From: a virus
IMG/VR virus record: IMGVR_UViG_3300013132_005564
Coordinates: 1-64,000 of that record
Length of the DNA stretch: 64,000 nt
Direction: 5' to 3' (one strand)
The stretch's first letter is position 1. Every line of letters starts with the position of its first letter. Below the pieces are notes generated by a model, which saw only the letters and a program-made list of their open reading frames with translations, did not search any database and was not told the DNA's origin. The position numbers were made by a program, and so were the translations under genes. Positions 19,601-28,819 of the stretch are shown here, one piece after another.

Positions 19601-22600
19601 CTCGACGATGCCACACGAGCTCGAGGCCTCCGGGGCGACGGTGCTGGACATCATGGACGCCCCCGACGACGGTTCGCTCAACGAAAAAATAACGGGTTCG
19701 ACGAAGTTCGTGGCCCCGAGGGAGATTGAGTCGTTGCGAGGGAACAGGAGGTTGCGCGAGCAACTCGTCGGAGTGCCGTTCTTGAATCGGACGCCCGTGT
19801 CCTTTCATTCCTCCCCCACGGGCACCGTCCCCTACATTGCGGTCAGGATAGGCAGAAAGACTTCGGACCTTGACGGCGACACTGAGTTCCACCCAGCATC
19901 CGTGATGAGGTACGTTGCGCTCACGGGGGACGGTCCGGTCAACTGGAATCACCCAAGCATGGCGCAGCCCAACAGGGCCAACGACTGGACGCCCGAGATG
20001 CTCGGGAAGCCTTTCCGCCTGCCCGACGCCGAGGCGGACTTTCATTTGTCCAGGAGGCGGACGATGGACAGGAACCTCTCGCACGTCGGCGACTCGCCCC
20101 AGAAGGTGGTGCTCGGGCTGCGCAGGAGGTACGGACTCCTGAACCCCGACATAGAACAAAACAGACTCTGGTACGACACCGGCGGGTGGCTGGTGAGTCT
20201 CGGGGCGTCTGGGAGTGAACGATTTGCCAAGCAGGGTGCGGCGCTGCCGGGTCGCGAATTCCTCACCGTGACGGAGATGACCCAGCCGAGGCAGCTGGAA
20301 GAGCTGGTGAAAAAGGCAAACGAGGCGGGGAAACCCCTCCTCCTCGAGGTGATGCAGGACATTCGCCCGATTGGAAACAACCTGCGTTCCGAGAAAATTA
20401 TGGACGACATCAGGATGGCGCGCCCCCATCCGAAGACCCTTGACCACGAATACCATCCGCTGATGATTTCGAAACCGAGAATCATCAGGGGTTACGGAAA
20501 CGGCTGGCCGTCCAGTGACGACTTCCAGCCCGACGAAGAAGGTCCAGCCTTCGTCGCCGGCCGGGATGCGCTGACAGGCAGGGAGATTCGCGTCCCACTG
20601 AGACAGGTTCTGATGAGCCACTCACCACCGTCCCGCGAGAGGGGGGAGTTCGATGCGATCGCCTTCGGTCGTTTCGGTTTCTCGACAGAATCGGGACCGA
20701 TGGTGACAGACCGGGCAACCGAGGCCGACTCCGTCAGCGCCGGGATGTCGGGGGACGACCGGTGGAAACCGACGCCAAGCTACGGTGAAGGCAGGCGGCC
20801 AAAGTTCATATACACCGTCGTCGACGCCGTGCTCGGGGACGACAACAGACTTGATCAGTACGGGGTCGTCCGGATCGACGCGGCCTATGTTGCCGCCGGT
20901 CGTATTCCTACGAGGTACATGCTGGACACTATCTACGCGTTGCAGAGCCTGGACGCATCGATCGGTGCGCCGTACGACCACGGGTACCACTTCCTCAGGT
21001 TCGTGTACCCGAGCTCCGGGCCGACAGAAGGACTCAAGAGCGACGCGGTCAGGATGATACTCGATCCCACCATCGTCTTCGGACGGTGGAACCCTGACGA
21101 GAAGCGACTCTACATCCTTGCGCGAGAACCAGACATGTCGGGGGATTGGAACGTCGCGCTGTATCCCCTCGACGATTTTCCCACGGGACCCAACAAATAC
21201 GACTGGACTCGCCGAGAACTGATAGAGCACCCAGACGTGACAAGCGGAACTCTGTCAACGTACGTTCTCGGCAGGGAAATGGGCCCTGACGGCAAGTGGC
21301 GCCAGAGGGTTTTCAACACGAGCCGGATGAAAGCGGACACTGGCCCGATGGACGAGGTTTTCCCGATCGGACCGTTGAGCGTCCCGGACCGCGTCGCTAC
21401 CTGGAGCGACGGGCCGACGCCCGAGACGGAGCCGTCCGACGCTCCGAGAATCAAACCAACGGACCCCGCACCGTCAACCGAACCGCGGACGCCGAGGAAG
21501 CGACCCGCCGCGCCCTCTTTCTCCGGGGCAAAGGACGTCCCGACCGAAACCGACGACACGGTCATCGAGGACATGGAGGCTCCGCGACCGGAGGCTTTCG
21601 TTGGCGACGAGCCGACCACAATGCCCGTTGATCCCAAGAAGGTCAAGGAGGCGGAGATCGTCGACAAAACAAAAACCCCGCTGCCCACGGCCCGCGACGT
21701 GGCGATAGGCCTTGCGGCCAACGATCCCGTCGTGATCGAGGCGCGAAGGAACGACGAGGCCAAGTGGTGGCAGAAGCTCAAGCAGAAATTGCTGAGGACA
21801 AAAATACTCAAGACCTGGAACCCCGAGACCAACGAAATCAAGGACGAGAACGACAACGCTGTGCTCAACCCAGTCACGGGCAGGAAGCAGTACCGATTGC
21901 CGTTCAGGGCGGCGTGGAAGCCGTGGGGCAACCCGATCGCCGCAGACGGAACCGAGAGCGACGAGCTCGGGTTCAAGGGCTCGATGGACCTCGCCGGAGG
22001 GTGGCGGGACATTTTCAAAATCATGTCGCGCAAGCGTCTTGCGTTCGTCGACATAGAGACGACCGGAATAGTGGACGACAGGACCGGTGGTCCAGTGCAG
22101 ATCGCCGTCCACGTCGTGGAGCCGGGCGGGGACTGGAACAACCCGAAAATAATCAACGTCTACATTCGACCAGAAGAGGAACTCTCGGACTGGGCCAGGG
22201 ACAACCTGAAAGTCAAGATCGGCGACAAGACAATCCCGATACAGGAGGCGCTGGCTTCGCACCCCGAGATCTTCGTGTCAAAGGAGGAGGCGCGCAAAAT
22301 TTTGGCGGAAGCGGTCGGCAACGACTCCGTGATCATATCGCACAACTGGCGCTCGTTCGACTCGCGGGTATGGAACGACGTGATGGGCGACCATCCCACC
22401 GAGGGATGGGTGGACACCCTTGCGCTGGCCAATTGGTTGTTCGCCGTGGACAAGGAGAGGTTCGGCGTCATGGCCAAACAGCTGAAGGAAGCCCTCGGTG
22501 CTGCCGGCGACTCCAAGGTTGCCCGCAACGCGGCCTACGACCGCCTGTCGACACCTTTCGTCGCATGGCTCAAGAAGGCCGTGAAGATTGACAAGCCGGG

Positions 22601-25600
22601 TGGCAAGTCGTGGGGCAAGAGGTTCCAGGAGAGGATACACGCGATCGACAGGCTTTACCGTTTCGCCACCGGACCGCTGTGGTACAAGGAGAGGTTGTCC
22701 GTAAACGGCAACTGGTGGCCGGATCCGTATGCCTCGACCAAGAACGAGGCGCTCGCCCTGTACTTCGGTCACCCCATCCTCAAGGCTCACGACGCAAACG
22801 CCGACATAGAGGCGACGCGCAGGAACCTGCTCGCCATGATAGAGCTCGGCGACAAGTGGGGCGCGGCGAGGTTCATGTTCGACAGGGACTCAAATGACCT
22901 GCTCGTCAGCAAGGAGGACGAAACGTGGGCGCTGAACTACAGTGCCTGGAAGCAAGCCCATCAGGGGATCGGTGCCCCCACCGAGAACTTGTTCGCTCCG
23001 AGGGACACCAGTGCGCCGGGCGACGCGCCGTCACCATCGGACGGAACCCGTCGTCCGGACGCCCCGGGTGGATCACCGGACGAACCGACAACCCCGAGCG
23101 AACCCTCAGCCCCCGGCGGGGGAGACAGGCCACCGGGCGGTCCTAGACCGCCCAGACCACCGGGGGCGACTCCGCGCGGCCCGACACCGGACCCGGACAG
23201 GGTGCCGAGCGGCTCCTATGGGAACGGCGTCCGGATCTACAAGGGGATCGGCGGAAAGTACGTGGAGATGAACTCGATTGCCCCGGCCACCGACGCGGAA
23301 ACGGCAGCTTTTTTTGTGGCGAACTTGTTCGTTGCCCGCCAGGACGGCATAGGTTTCCAGTTCACATACGGAGTCGCTCCAGACGGAACCCCGAGGACGT
23401 ACAGGCTCCTGTCGATCGAGGTTGTCCCCAAGCCCGGTTTGACACCGGAGGAGGCGAGGAGGGCAGGCATCGGTGGGTTCGTGATCCTCGGGTTGGACGC
23501 CGCCGACGGAAGACAAAAGACGTTCGACTTTGATTTGGTCAACCTCAGGGACAGGGCCTTCACGTCGGAACCCGGATTCACGAAAGTGCCTTTGCCGACC
23601 GACGTGTACGGGGGGAAGGATGAGATGAGCCTCACCAAGGACCAGTACGTCGATCTCTCCAGAAGACGCAGGTTCAACAACGACAACCGGACGACGGACG
23701 GACCCATGGCCGGTATGTCTGGTCTGACGAACAGGGACGGGTACTCCGATTCTCCGTCCTACTGGAGAGTGACCGAGCAGGACGTGGAGGCGGACCGCCT
23801 GAGCGACGCAGGTCTCGCGGAAAGACTCAGGTCCGACAAGGTGAGACTGGAGAATCTCATAAACCTCGGCCCGTCGGGCAACTCAGACGCGTCCAGCGTC
23901 CTCGACTCGATAGCGGCGACGCAGAGGGTGATGAGGATCAGATCCAACCAGGGCCCCGACCACAACGGAATATCCGTGACCAAGGCCGACTCCGACTACT
24001 CGCTCTCGGGCGACTTCGTCGGGGCCCCGGGCACCCTCGGTTCCACATATTCACTGCCGGCGAACCCGACCGAGCTGAGGCGCGAGCTCAGAAGGAACGC
24101 CGATCTATCCGTGAACCTAAACATGGCGCTGCTGTCGGACGGGCCGGGCAGGGCGCTGGACAGGCTCGCACGCATCTCGAGAATTCCGAGGGGGGAGATC
24201 GTCGCCCGACTGACCTCGCACGACTACGGAACGTACGCAGATGCGGCTTCCGAAAGGATATTCATGTCCGTGGCGGACGGTGTTCGTCGGGGCGAGAACA
24301 CCCCGTCATCTCTCGGGTTGCTGGTCGATCCAGCACTCGATCTCCAGCCCGCCTCCGCAGCCGTCGTCGCCTCGTCGCGGGCGATGGGCCTCAACGTTCA
24401 CGGAACTCCAGAGATGATGGTCGGAGATAGGGACAGATACGGAGCGGTGGAGCTGATTGATCTGCTGGCCGATTTCAACGAGACCGTCGGGGACCTCTTC
24501 TCGCTGGCGTCCACAAGCAACGAGACGGACCCACGGTTCAGGGTCAGGTCCAGGGTGATGAGAGGGAAACTTGCAGAGATCGCAAGGGAGGTCGGCAACC
24601 GTCACCATCGCTCGCTGGGCGCAGGCACCGATTCGTTGCAGGCGGGCGCGCAGGCCGGCATGGGCAACCCGGACCCCGACCTGCGCCGCTTGATGAGCGA
24701 GTTCGTGCGAATGGCCCCCTCCATGAATTTCGAGTCCGTCACGGACGCAGGGTTCGACGAGGATTGGAAGCGTCTCTCCGACCAGGTAATCGACGACTTC
24801 GTACGGCGGCCGGGCCGGGGAACGGAGCAGGCGTTCTCCTCGTTCGGCGATGCGCTGAAAGGCAGGGCGAGCGTTGTCGGTCGGACGATCGACCGAATAA
24901 TCGACCCGAGCAAAGCCCCCATCCCGGCGAATTCCCCATTGGGACGCGAGGTGGTCAAGTCCACCGCGAAGATCCTCGCACTCATCTACGACCTGAGGTT
25001 CGGATCGACGGACATGCTCGGACTTCTGGCTTCCACGCCAGGGGCGGGCCCGGGCTCCGGAACCAGCGGGCTGGACGTTACCTACAAGATGATTGATTCC
25101 GGCGCCGCCGCGCTGTTCGCCAGGGGCGGCCGAAAGGCGCTGGTCGCGTATCTGGTGGAGGCCGTGAGCCTTGGTCTGGTGCCTGCCGGCAGGGCCATGG
25201 GGATTCTTGACAGGCTGTCCCCCTCCCCCGGGACCGCGGCGATATCCTCGGGAGCCGAGGCAGCCATGGGTCGGTCGGGCGGTTCCTCGCCGTTCGGCGA
25301 CGCCGACGGAATACCGATACTGAGCGGATCAAAGTGGCTCGACGCGAGGCTGCACGCCATATACGGCTCGGTGGAATACGAGAAAGTTGCCAGAGGCATA
25401 GGCGAGCGTTTCGCCGACCTTGCCTCGCGAGACTGGGACAACCCGACCGACGACGATCTCGTTGACATCCATCATTACTCGCAGATGGTTCAACACGACG
25501 ATTTGATAGAGCGCTTCACCATGACGGGTGGCGGCGCCGCCCCGAGAGGGGGAACGACCGACACTTTTTACGCTGGGCGGAGCGGCTTGGACGTCACCAT

Positions 25601-26756
25601 CGACAAGGTGTCCGCTCTTGCCGAGGTTTCCCCGGAGAGGGTCGACGAGTTGATGTGGCGCGGCGCGCAGGTTTCACAAATAAGGAGGCTCGCCGCAATG
25701 GATCCCTTCTCGAGGGCGGAGGAGCTGAACTCCGTGCGCAGGAAGCGCGCTCTCGCCAGGCAGCTTGCCGGCACAAGCGGCGGACCGATCGGCACAGACG
25801 GGTTCTCGTCCCTCAATTTCTCCGGGAGGACGCAGCAAGAGGACTCCTTCCTTGATGAGGCACTGGCGCAGGCGCTCGACCAGGAAACGCTCTTCCTCGG
25901 CTTGATAAACGACATGAAGAGAGACGGCGGATCCGACGCTGGGATGGCCAAGCGGAATTTCGTTCCGCAGAGGTACGACATCAAACCGGTCAAGGACGGA
26001 TTCGTTATCATCGACATGAGCAACAGGAACGCGGTATCGAGCCGCGTGTTCAAGAGCAGGAGGCGCGCCCTCGACGGGGCCCGCAGAATGGACGTCGGCG
26101 ACAGCCGCTTTGACCCGTTCGGTCCCGAGACGCCCGACGGCGCGCCTGCGACAATCGCCGAATCGTTCGCAAATGATCCGAGGACGGCCAGGATCTTCCA
26201 GTCTCAATCGGGGGCCTCGCGGGCCCGCCTCGAAACGGACAGCAAGATCTCGTCCGACGAGAGCGGGTTACCGAGCAGACTGACCCTGTCTGGGCCGCGC
26301 GGACCGGCGGAGATCACCAAGGAGTTCGCAGCCGGGACTTTGAGGATGTTCGACAACGGGGCTTCCTCAATCCCCAATCCTTCACCGGAGGAGGCCTCGA
26401 CGACGAGATTGATCTCCGGCTACGTCTCCACAAACGCAATGATCGAGACCGTGCTCGGGAGGCTCGACACGATCGCGCGAATGAGTCGCTCGAGGATTGA
26501 CGAGTCGGCCGAGGAAATTGAAATGATGGTCGTTTTCCTCGGGAGGATGCAGAAGCGCAGGAATTACTTCTACAACCAGTTGATTGACAGACTCGGCGAC
26601 GACAATCCGACCACCGCAACAATAAACAAGTGGCACGACGAAAGGGCCGGCATCGGGCGCGAGTCGTCGCAAATTGGGGACGGCGGGCTTCCGCGCTACG
26701 TCCTGCCAGAGGGATTGACCGACGGAATGAGTTTCAAATCACTGTCAATTGTTTAG
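13644..26756 (+). CDS. Giant (4370 aa) protein: N-terminal HK97-type prohead protease plus many cargo modules (sigma70 region-4-like HTHs, ART-like, DEDDh exonuclease, WYL-like). Start may be 13674/13677.
   Basis: Protease motifs KDSVGD, WGHDW..PIG, WSIGY, LYEVSPV..GAN at about 13716-14200; DIETTG/HN..FD/DTL/HDA.AD exonuclease motifs; 11 AGM-type linkers. Confidence 0.9.
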   Translation: MNRRLLLTEDMMNQQVFEDEDYLYKSLNGQINVDEAQGIVEAFVAGVGNKDSVGDICLPGCFTSSLKRRKPRVVWGHDWNSPIGKVLEIYEVGPNDPRLPAKMRKAGIGGLYARVQFNLKAEKGREAFANVSFFGMEQEWSIGYKTLDAVFDPVQTANLLKEVELYEVSPVLHGANQLTGTISIKADEAETQIKEGKGPCWPGYKQVGMKKGKRGGMVPNCVPVDGKSLEDECCPEEKAADKPALRDPKGGLTAAGRAHFKRTEGANLKPGVRGAADTPEKMRRKGSFLTRFFTNPSGPMKKPNGKPTRLALSAAAWGEPVPQNASDASALAAKGRRLLERYENSKKKKKDDEDSIENKNHVAAIYAAASAPQNETFGRASQLTRALAARFGGPVRLVTADNDIAIFEMGAGQSTETMRVAYHYDGDEFMIGTAQQVKPETVYIPINQTTSGQTVGGVTAGISAQHGHHAGHQGHCCPGCGHGGSCDASVALSPGDDPRIAFVKLKSLGDQLNFKVVPTDGGFILEGFGLLNEESQDFVAKKVAEDMEKKFLNPIGNVSRRSLGVPDIRGFVRGFNVDMNPLTARDADLDRLVLEGNPLINMGRGIPDPTPFGSANRPSFDLPAARGDLDLGAPRMMPAVPDVPRREPEEVPEPVKPKAPPVRPPRREPSRPEREPTKPPVPVPTRPEREPARPNTPVPVPVPVPTRPREPVPIGEASNDNFAIAAMGGGKRTPKQIAEALASVDSEKRESRQSRMIRLRDSGFDEMRRLMLLDGPDAGMADPNRNGRRGRAVRIDSDETLEEVLRRRRSGQDISDMTEDIDLPNPGDRSLTDPTPGDAGMAGRPRTREESADLGRKIWLARTHDRLSLEEAGRRHGVSREEARQLELRHQKYLRDLGVDHPNRVGRATIDDANSGLTDAEADLLRRRLDGEMLEEAAERLGTDRFAVRRMEQLALAKLRNRIVQGDADAGMARGDGGRAVEADRPKASRVARPESPGKRRINKVDPTFSQIYESLRDSGPDGLTAPQRLRVAAMIRLRDSINNKITAMRVAGSRRRTSHLGPEIQELNDGIKGARETAAEVARVVVGSKDDFLNSAIKTANSKQDDDLDASLNFRSFDALSDAGGDVAKASRILGMDGDVVLLRAAAHSMRLAASAGPARRRIARLSEKLRHKLTSAESVTLRMWINGASDSDIIDRFPAFADERAVVAQRINALRKIGIDPTSPEMLSEVKSGRIFYDEFGLFAELVDDAGQTTLNRLGDGPMGGMNKGVRRVVSADFGDGRRDYAVTRTISRDRASYGDELVMLVPINGDDEATVSTLIGRALLGGDLRASSVEFPAVIRSSRGRVVGVTDASGRNVPLFGERSINASQALVATESAAAEERASELIKSIRDNDSASRIKMDQDVEVAGRRSTSLRLALDHLLQTGDWIGGDLGVTGRVPDRDVMFSFGLDADDDGSPIVPNNSTQDEFNARAVSDFLSDKPGATEGEIDDYLSRVNASRIAQVKRKAELAAKESDRLRHIRDSAEERRLQRVIDLETLDQRIAESLAEETRFISSLSGEQLSQLSRGQGGFAYVVHKGPDRLKDGVLDPSKSAGVDRSVAEVAGQGDTRGANRQYIQRFVQSYDNKRQMVSSADDMMARISRGERQLTVDQSIRRSLKAASPLIARIASDSGFLNLDELPEQKISEVIRDLTRFSESQRDDLARYEGIMGAIRRYGGTNADQLLSAEADPISALSSLNFYGRYADADLPRDVVQFEDGFVDNLTRRWNPTDEEMLERWNGLGGIRGGAFVVHGKRDSQIVSGGLLGPTSEAQIISPLKPLVGFSTPVRLYGQRQDDDPESLIPMLGPALAARAIKMHKRDGEIDIERLLIDPDLAPDGFVGYPDGASAGMASADTTDDESRTYSDYRNSLTPRGKLFDARLSGLLREDVNFDQMIFNEDDANFFRKTYSELVEDRKNPSEADILRLEALIDRAEAFYLPFRRSTMPHELEASGATVLDIMDAPDDGSLNEKITGSTKFVAPREIESLRGNRRLREQLVGVPFLNRTPVSFHSSPTGTVPYIAVRIGRKTSDLDGDTEFHPASVMRYVALTGDGPVNWNHPSMAQPNRANDWTPEMLGKPFRLPDAEADFHLSRRRTMDRNLSHVGDSPQKVVLGLRRRYGLLNPDIEQNRLWYDTGGWLVSLGASGSERFAKQGAALPGREFLTVTEMTQPRQLEELVKKANEAGKPLLLEVMQDIRPIGNNLRSEKIMDDIRMARPHPKTLDHEYHPLMISKPRIIRGYGNGWPSSDDFQPDEEGPAFVAGRDALTGREIRVPLRQVLMSHSPPSRERGEFDAIAFGRFGFSTESGPMVTDRATEADSVSAGMSGDDRWKPTPSYGEGRRPKFIYTVVDAVLGDDNRLDQYGVVRIDAAYVAAGRIPTRYMLDTIYALQSLDASIGAPYDHGYHFLRFVYPSSGPTEGLKSDAVRMILDPTIVFGRWNPDEKRLYILAREPDMSGDWNVALYPLDDFPTGPNKYDWTRRELIEHPDVTSGTLSTYVLGREMGPDGKWRQRVFNTSRMKADTGPMDEVFPIGPLSVPDRVATWSDGPTPETEPSDAPRIKPTDPAPSTEPRTPRKRPAAPSFSGAKDVPTETDDTVIEDMEAPRPEAFVGDEPTTMPVDPKKVKEAEIVDKTKTPLPTARDVAIGLAANDPVVIEARRNDEAKWWQKLKQKLLRTKILKTWNPETNEIKDENDNAVLNPVTGRKQYRLPFRAAWKPWGNPIAADGTESDELGFKGSMDLAGGWRDIFKIMSRKRLAFVDIETTGIVDDRTGGPVQIAVHVVEPGGDWNNPKIINVYIRPEEELSDWARDNLKVKIGDKTIPIQEALASHPEIFVSKEEARKILAEAVGNDSVIISHNWRSFDSRVWNDVMGDHPTEGWVDTLALANWLFAVDKERFGVMAKQLKEALGAAGDSKVARNAAYDRLSTPFVAWLKKAVKIDKPGGKSWGKRFQERIHAIDRLYRFATGPLWYKERLSVNGNWWPDPYASTKNEALALYFGHPILKAHDANADIEATRRNLLAMIELGDKWGAARFMFDRDSNDLLVSKEDETWALNYSAWKQAHQGIGAPTENLFAPRDTSAPGDAPSPSDGTRRPDAPGGSPDEPTTPSEPSAPGGGDRPPGGPRPPRPPGATPRGPTPDPDRVPSGSYGNGVRIYKGIGGKYVEMNSIAPATDAETAAFFVANLFVARQDGIGFQFTYGVAPDGTPRTYRLLSIEVVPKPGLTPEEARRAGIGGFVILGLDAADGRQKTFDFDLVNLRDRAFTSEPGFTKVPLPTDVYGGKDEMSLTKDQYVDLSRRRRFNNDNRTTDGPMAGMSGLTNRDGYSDSPSYWRVTEQDVEADRLSDAGLAERLRSDKVRLENLINLGPSGNSDASSVLDSIAATQRVMRIRSNQGPDHNGISVTKADSDYSLSGDFVGAPGTLGSTYSLPANPTELRRELRRNADLSVNLNMALLSDGPGRALDRLARISRIPRGEIVARLTSHDYGTYADAASERIFMSVADGVRRGENTPSSLGLLVDPALDLQPASAAVVASSRAMGLNVHGTPEMMVGDRDRYGAVELIDLLADFNETVGDLFSLASTSNETDPRFRVRSRVMRGKLAEIAREVGNRHHRSLGAGTDSLQAGAQAGMGNPDPDLRRLMSEFVRMAPSMNFESVTDAGFDEDWKRLSDQVIDDFVRRPGRGTEQAFSSFGDALKGRASVVGRTIDRIIDPSKAPIPANSPLGREVVKSTAKILALIYDLRFGSTDMLGLLASTPGAGPGSGTSGLDVTYKMIDSGAAALFARGGRKALVAYLVEAVSLGLVPAGRAMGILDRLSPSPGTAAISSGAEAAMGRSGGSSPFGDADGIPILSGSKWLDARLHAIYGSVEYEKVARGIGERFADLASRDWDNPTDDDLVDIHHYSQMVQHDDLIERFTMTGGGAAPRGGTTDTFYAGRSGLDVTIDKVSALAEVSPERVDELMWRGAQVSQIRRLAAMDPFSRAEELNSVRRKRALARQLAGTSGGPIGTDGFSSLNFSGRTQQEDSFLDEALAQALDQETLFLGLINDMKRDGGSDAGMAKRNFVPQRYDIKPVKDGFVIIDMSNRNAVSSRVFKSRRRALDGARRMDVGDSRFDPFGPETPDGAPATIAESFANDPRTARIFQSQSGASRARLETDSKISSDESGLPSRLTLSGPRGPAEITKEFAAGTLRMFDNGASSIPNPSPEEASTTRLISGYVSTNAMIETVLGRLDTIARMSRSRIDESAEEIEMMVVFLGRMQKRRNYFYNQLIDRLGDDNPTTATINKWHDERAGIGRESSQIGDGGLPRYVLPEGLTDGMSFKSLSIV
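15545..15790 (+). repeat. Pro-rich REP/VPVPTRP repeat linker inside the giant ORF
   Basis: RREP, RPEREP x2, VPVPTRP x2; (CCGGTT)n at about 15732-15752. Confidence 0.7.
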
Positions 26757-26809
26757 CTAATGTCAACTTGCACTTCCTTCATTGGTAGTGCTCTACAATG
26801 GGAGGCGCC

Positions 26810-28603
26810 ATGAAAATTTTGCGGAATCAGGACACCAAGTCGGCGACGTCAGAATACGTCCTATCGCTCGCAGAGCTCCAGGAACTGGAGGAAAACGAGC
26901 CGGATGACGACCTCCTGCTCCCGGTCCCGAAGGGGGACCGGTTCTACGCCAAGCAAGCCATTGACGACGTCCTCTCCGGTTACATGATGAGTTCCAGCGC
27001 CGTCTACGACGGCATAATCATCCACGACGCAAAGACGATCGGCCCAGAACTGGCAAAGGACTTGCGGGATGCGCTGGTCTTCGTCTGGGAGCAAAAGGCC
27101 CTCGGGGCCACCATCGGCGGCGGCAAGCCGTCGGGTGGCGGCTCCGCCGAAGACATGATCGACAGGGACGGGGACGGATACATTTACGACGGAACCCCGC
27201 AGGAGCAAAGAGTTCCGTACAAGCGCCGCGACGGCAAACCGGTCGGCGGGGGTGCTCCTGAGGGGATGGAGGCGCGACGCAGGCAGTTCGTGCGTGGCGA
27301 GGCCGCCAGGCAGGGCGTGCAACTAAACCGGGGCCCGAAACGATCGGAGCAGGAGAGAAGATTCAGGACCGAGGCGAGAGCGCGATTCGACAGGATAGCG
27401 CTCGAGGGTGAGGGATTCATTCCCGCCGACAGAATAGAAGCGGGAGATAAGCGCAATTTCGAGAACCGCATGGGTGACGTCAACGCGGGAAGAGTCGACG
27501 ATCAGGGCAGAAGCGGTTTCGGTTACGGTGGGGAGCCAGCTCCGTTCAATCCGGGACAGCGAGGCAAAAGACCCGACACCTCCTTCCAGGACAACGAGGA
27601 CGCCCGCAACCAAGGCAAGCGCCCCGCCGGCAGGCCCGTGGACAGGCTGCCCGGTGCAGGCGGACCAAGCGGGAGTCTCAACCCCGGACAACGAGGGGCC
27701 AGACCCGACACGTCCAATCAACGAGCGGAAGACGCTCGCAATCAAGGCAAGCGCCCCGCCGGGAGACCGGTCGACAGACTGCCAGGAGCGGGCGGTCCCG
27801 GCTACGACGAATCTTTCGGTAGAAACGAAAGTCGTCGTCAGCAGGGAATGCGTCCCGCGGACACCTCGAATCAGAGAGCGGAAACGGCTCGTCAAGCTGG
27901 GTCTCGTCCGCAAAGACCGGTCGACAGGCTTGGTGCGGCAGGTGGCCCCGGTTACGACGAATCTTCCAATAGAGCTGAGTCCGCCAGGATGCAGGGAATG
28001 CGTCCTGCCGATACCTCTTCGCAGAGGGCGGAAAGCGCAAGACAAGGCGCCGCTCGTCCGCAAAGACCGGTGGATCGTCTGACTGGTCCCGGTTACGACG
28101 AATCTTCCAATAGAGCCGAGTCGGCGAGAATGGGTAGGTCTCGTCCGGCCGACACTTCTTCTCAGCGGGCGGAAAGCACTAGGCAAAATCGCTCACGCCC
28201 ACAGGGTCCTGCCGACAGAATTTCTGGCCCCGGTTACGACGAATCTTCCAATAGAGCCGAAGACTCGAGAATGCAGGGTCGTCGCCCGACGGACACCTCC
28301 AACCAAAGGGCCGAGTCATCCAGACAAGGAGCGTCGCGCCCGAATCGCCCAGTAGACAGACTTGGCGGATCCGGAAATCGCAGGGCCGACGGATCTAGCA
28401 ACGCGGCCGAACGAAACAGAATGAATAGATCTCGTCCGGCGGACCGTTCTTCGCAACGAAACGAAGACGCTAGACAGGGACGCGCCGCTTCGGGAACGAG
28501 GAACGCCCAGCAGAGACCGCCCGACAGGATCGACACCTCGGGCAACAGATCTCGTAGATTCGGCAGAGGGCAAAGCGACTACCTATACGGTGGCGACGCG
28601 TAA
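26810..28603 (+). CDS. Disordered Arg/Gly/Ser/Gln-rich repeat protein with a DRDGDGYIYDGT motif
   Basis: GGAGG then ATG at 26810; KALGATIG followed by a DxDGDG motif; the C-terminal 350 aa are tandem repeats. Confidence 0.8.
   Translation: MKILRNQDTKSATSEYVLSLAELQELEENEPDDDLLLPVPKGDRFYAKQAIDDVLSGYMMSSSAVYDGIIIHDAKTIGPELAKDLRDALVFVWEQKALGATIGGGKPSGGGSAEDMIDRDGDGYIYDGTPQEQRVPYKRRDGKPVGGGAPEGMEARRRQFVRGEAARQGVQLNRGPKRSEQERRFRTEARARFDRIALEGEGFIPADRIEAGDKRNFENRMGDVNAGRVDDQGRSGFGYGGEPAPFNPGQRGKRPDTSFQDNEDARNQGKRPAGRPVDRLPGAGGPSGSLNPGQRGARPDTSNQRAEDARNQGKRPAGRPVDRLPGAGGPGYDESFGRNESRRQQGMRPADTSNQRAETARQAGSRPQRPVDRLGAAGGPGYDESSNRAESARMQGMRPADTSSQRAESARQGAARPQRPVDRLTGPGYDESSNRAESARMGRSRPADTSSQRAESTRQNRSRPQGPADRISGPGYDESSNRAEDSRMQGRRPTDTSNQRAESSRQGASRPNRPVDRLGGSGNRRADGSSNAAERNRMNRSRPADRSSQRNEDARQGRAASGTRNAQQRPPDRIDTSGNRSRRFGRGQSDYLYGGDA
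27545..28560 (+). repeat. In-frame tandem repeats of about 141-150 nt (47-50 aa)
   Basis: GG(T/C)TACGACGAATCTT at 27800, 27950, 28091, 28232; unit GYDESSNRAES.R..RPADTS.QRAE..RQ...RPQRPVDRL. Confidence 0.9.
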
Positions 28604-28615
28604 ACGAGCGAGTCA

Positions 28616-28819
28616 ATGAACGGCAGACCAAGCGGCGGGTACACCCGCGGGAACCGTGTTATGGGTTATGATAAACCTACACAAAATAACGCAGTCAAAT
28701 TGAAATATCACTGCATTGCGACGGGCGAGAAACGCCAGTTTCCGTGCGGCAGTTGCGTCAACCACAAGGGTTGCCTGGCGACGACGATGCAATACAAGGA
28801 GCGAAAACATGGAACCTGA
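28616..28819 (+). CDS. Small Cys-rich (zinc-finger-like) protein
   Basis: HC.........PCGSC....GC pattern; bridges two genes with short gap/overlap. Confidence 0.55.
   Translation: MNGRPSGGYTRGNRVMGYDKPTQNNAVKLKYHCIATGEKRQFPCGSCVNHKGCLATTMQYKERKHGT

Noticed and set aside
27545-28560. Regularly spaced repeats resembling a CRISPR array
   Set aside because: Periods are multiples of 3, the intervening sequences are themselves homologous, and all lie in an open frame, so these are protein repeats
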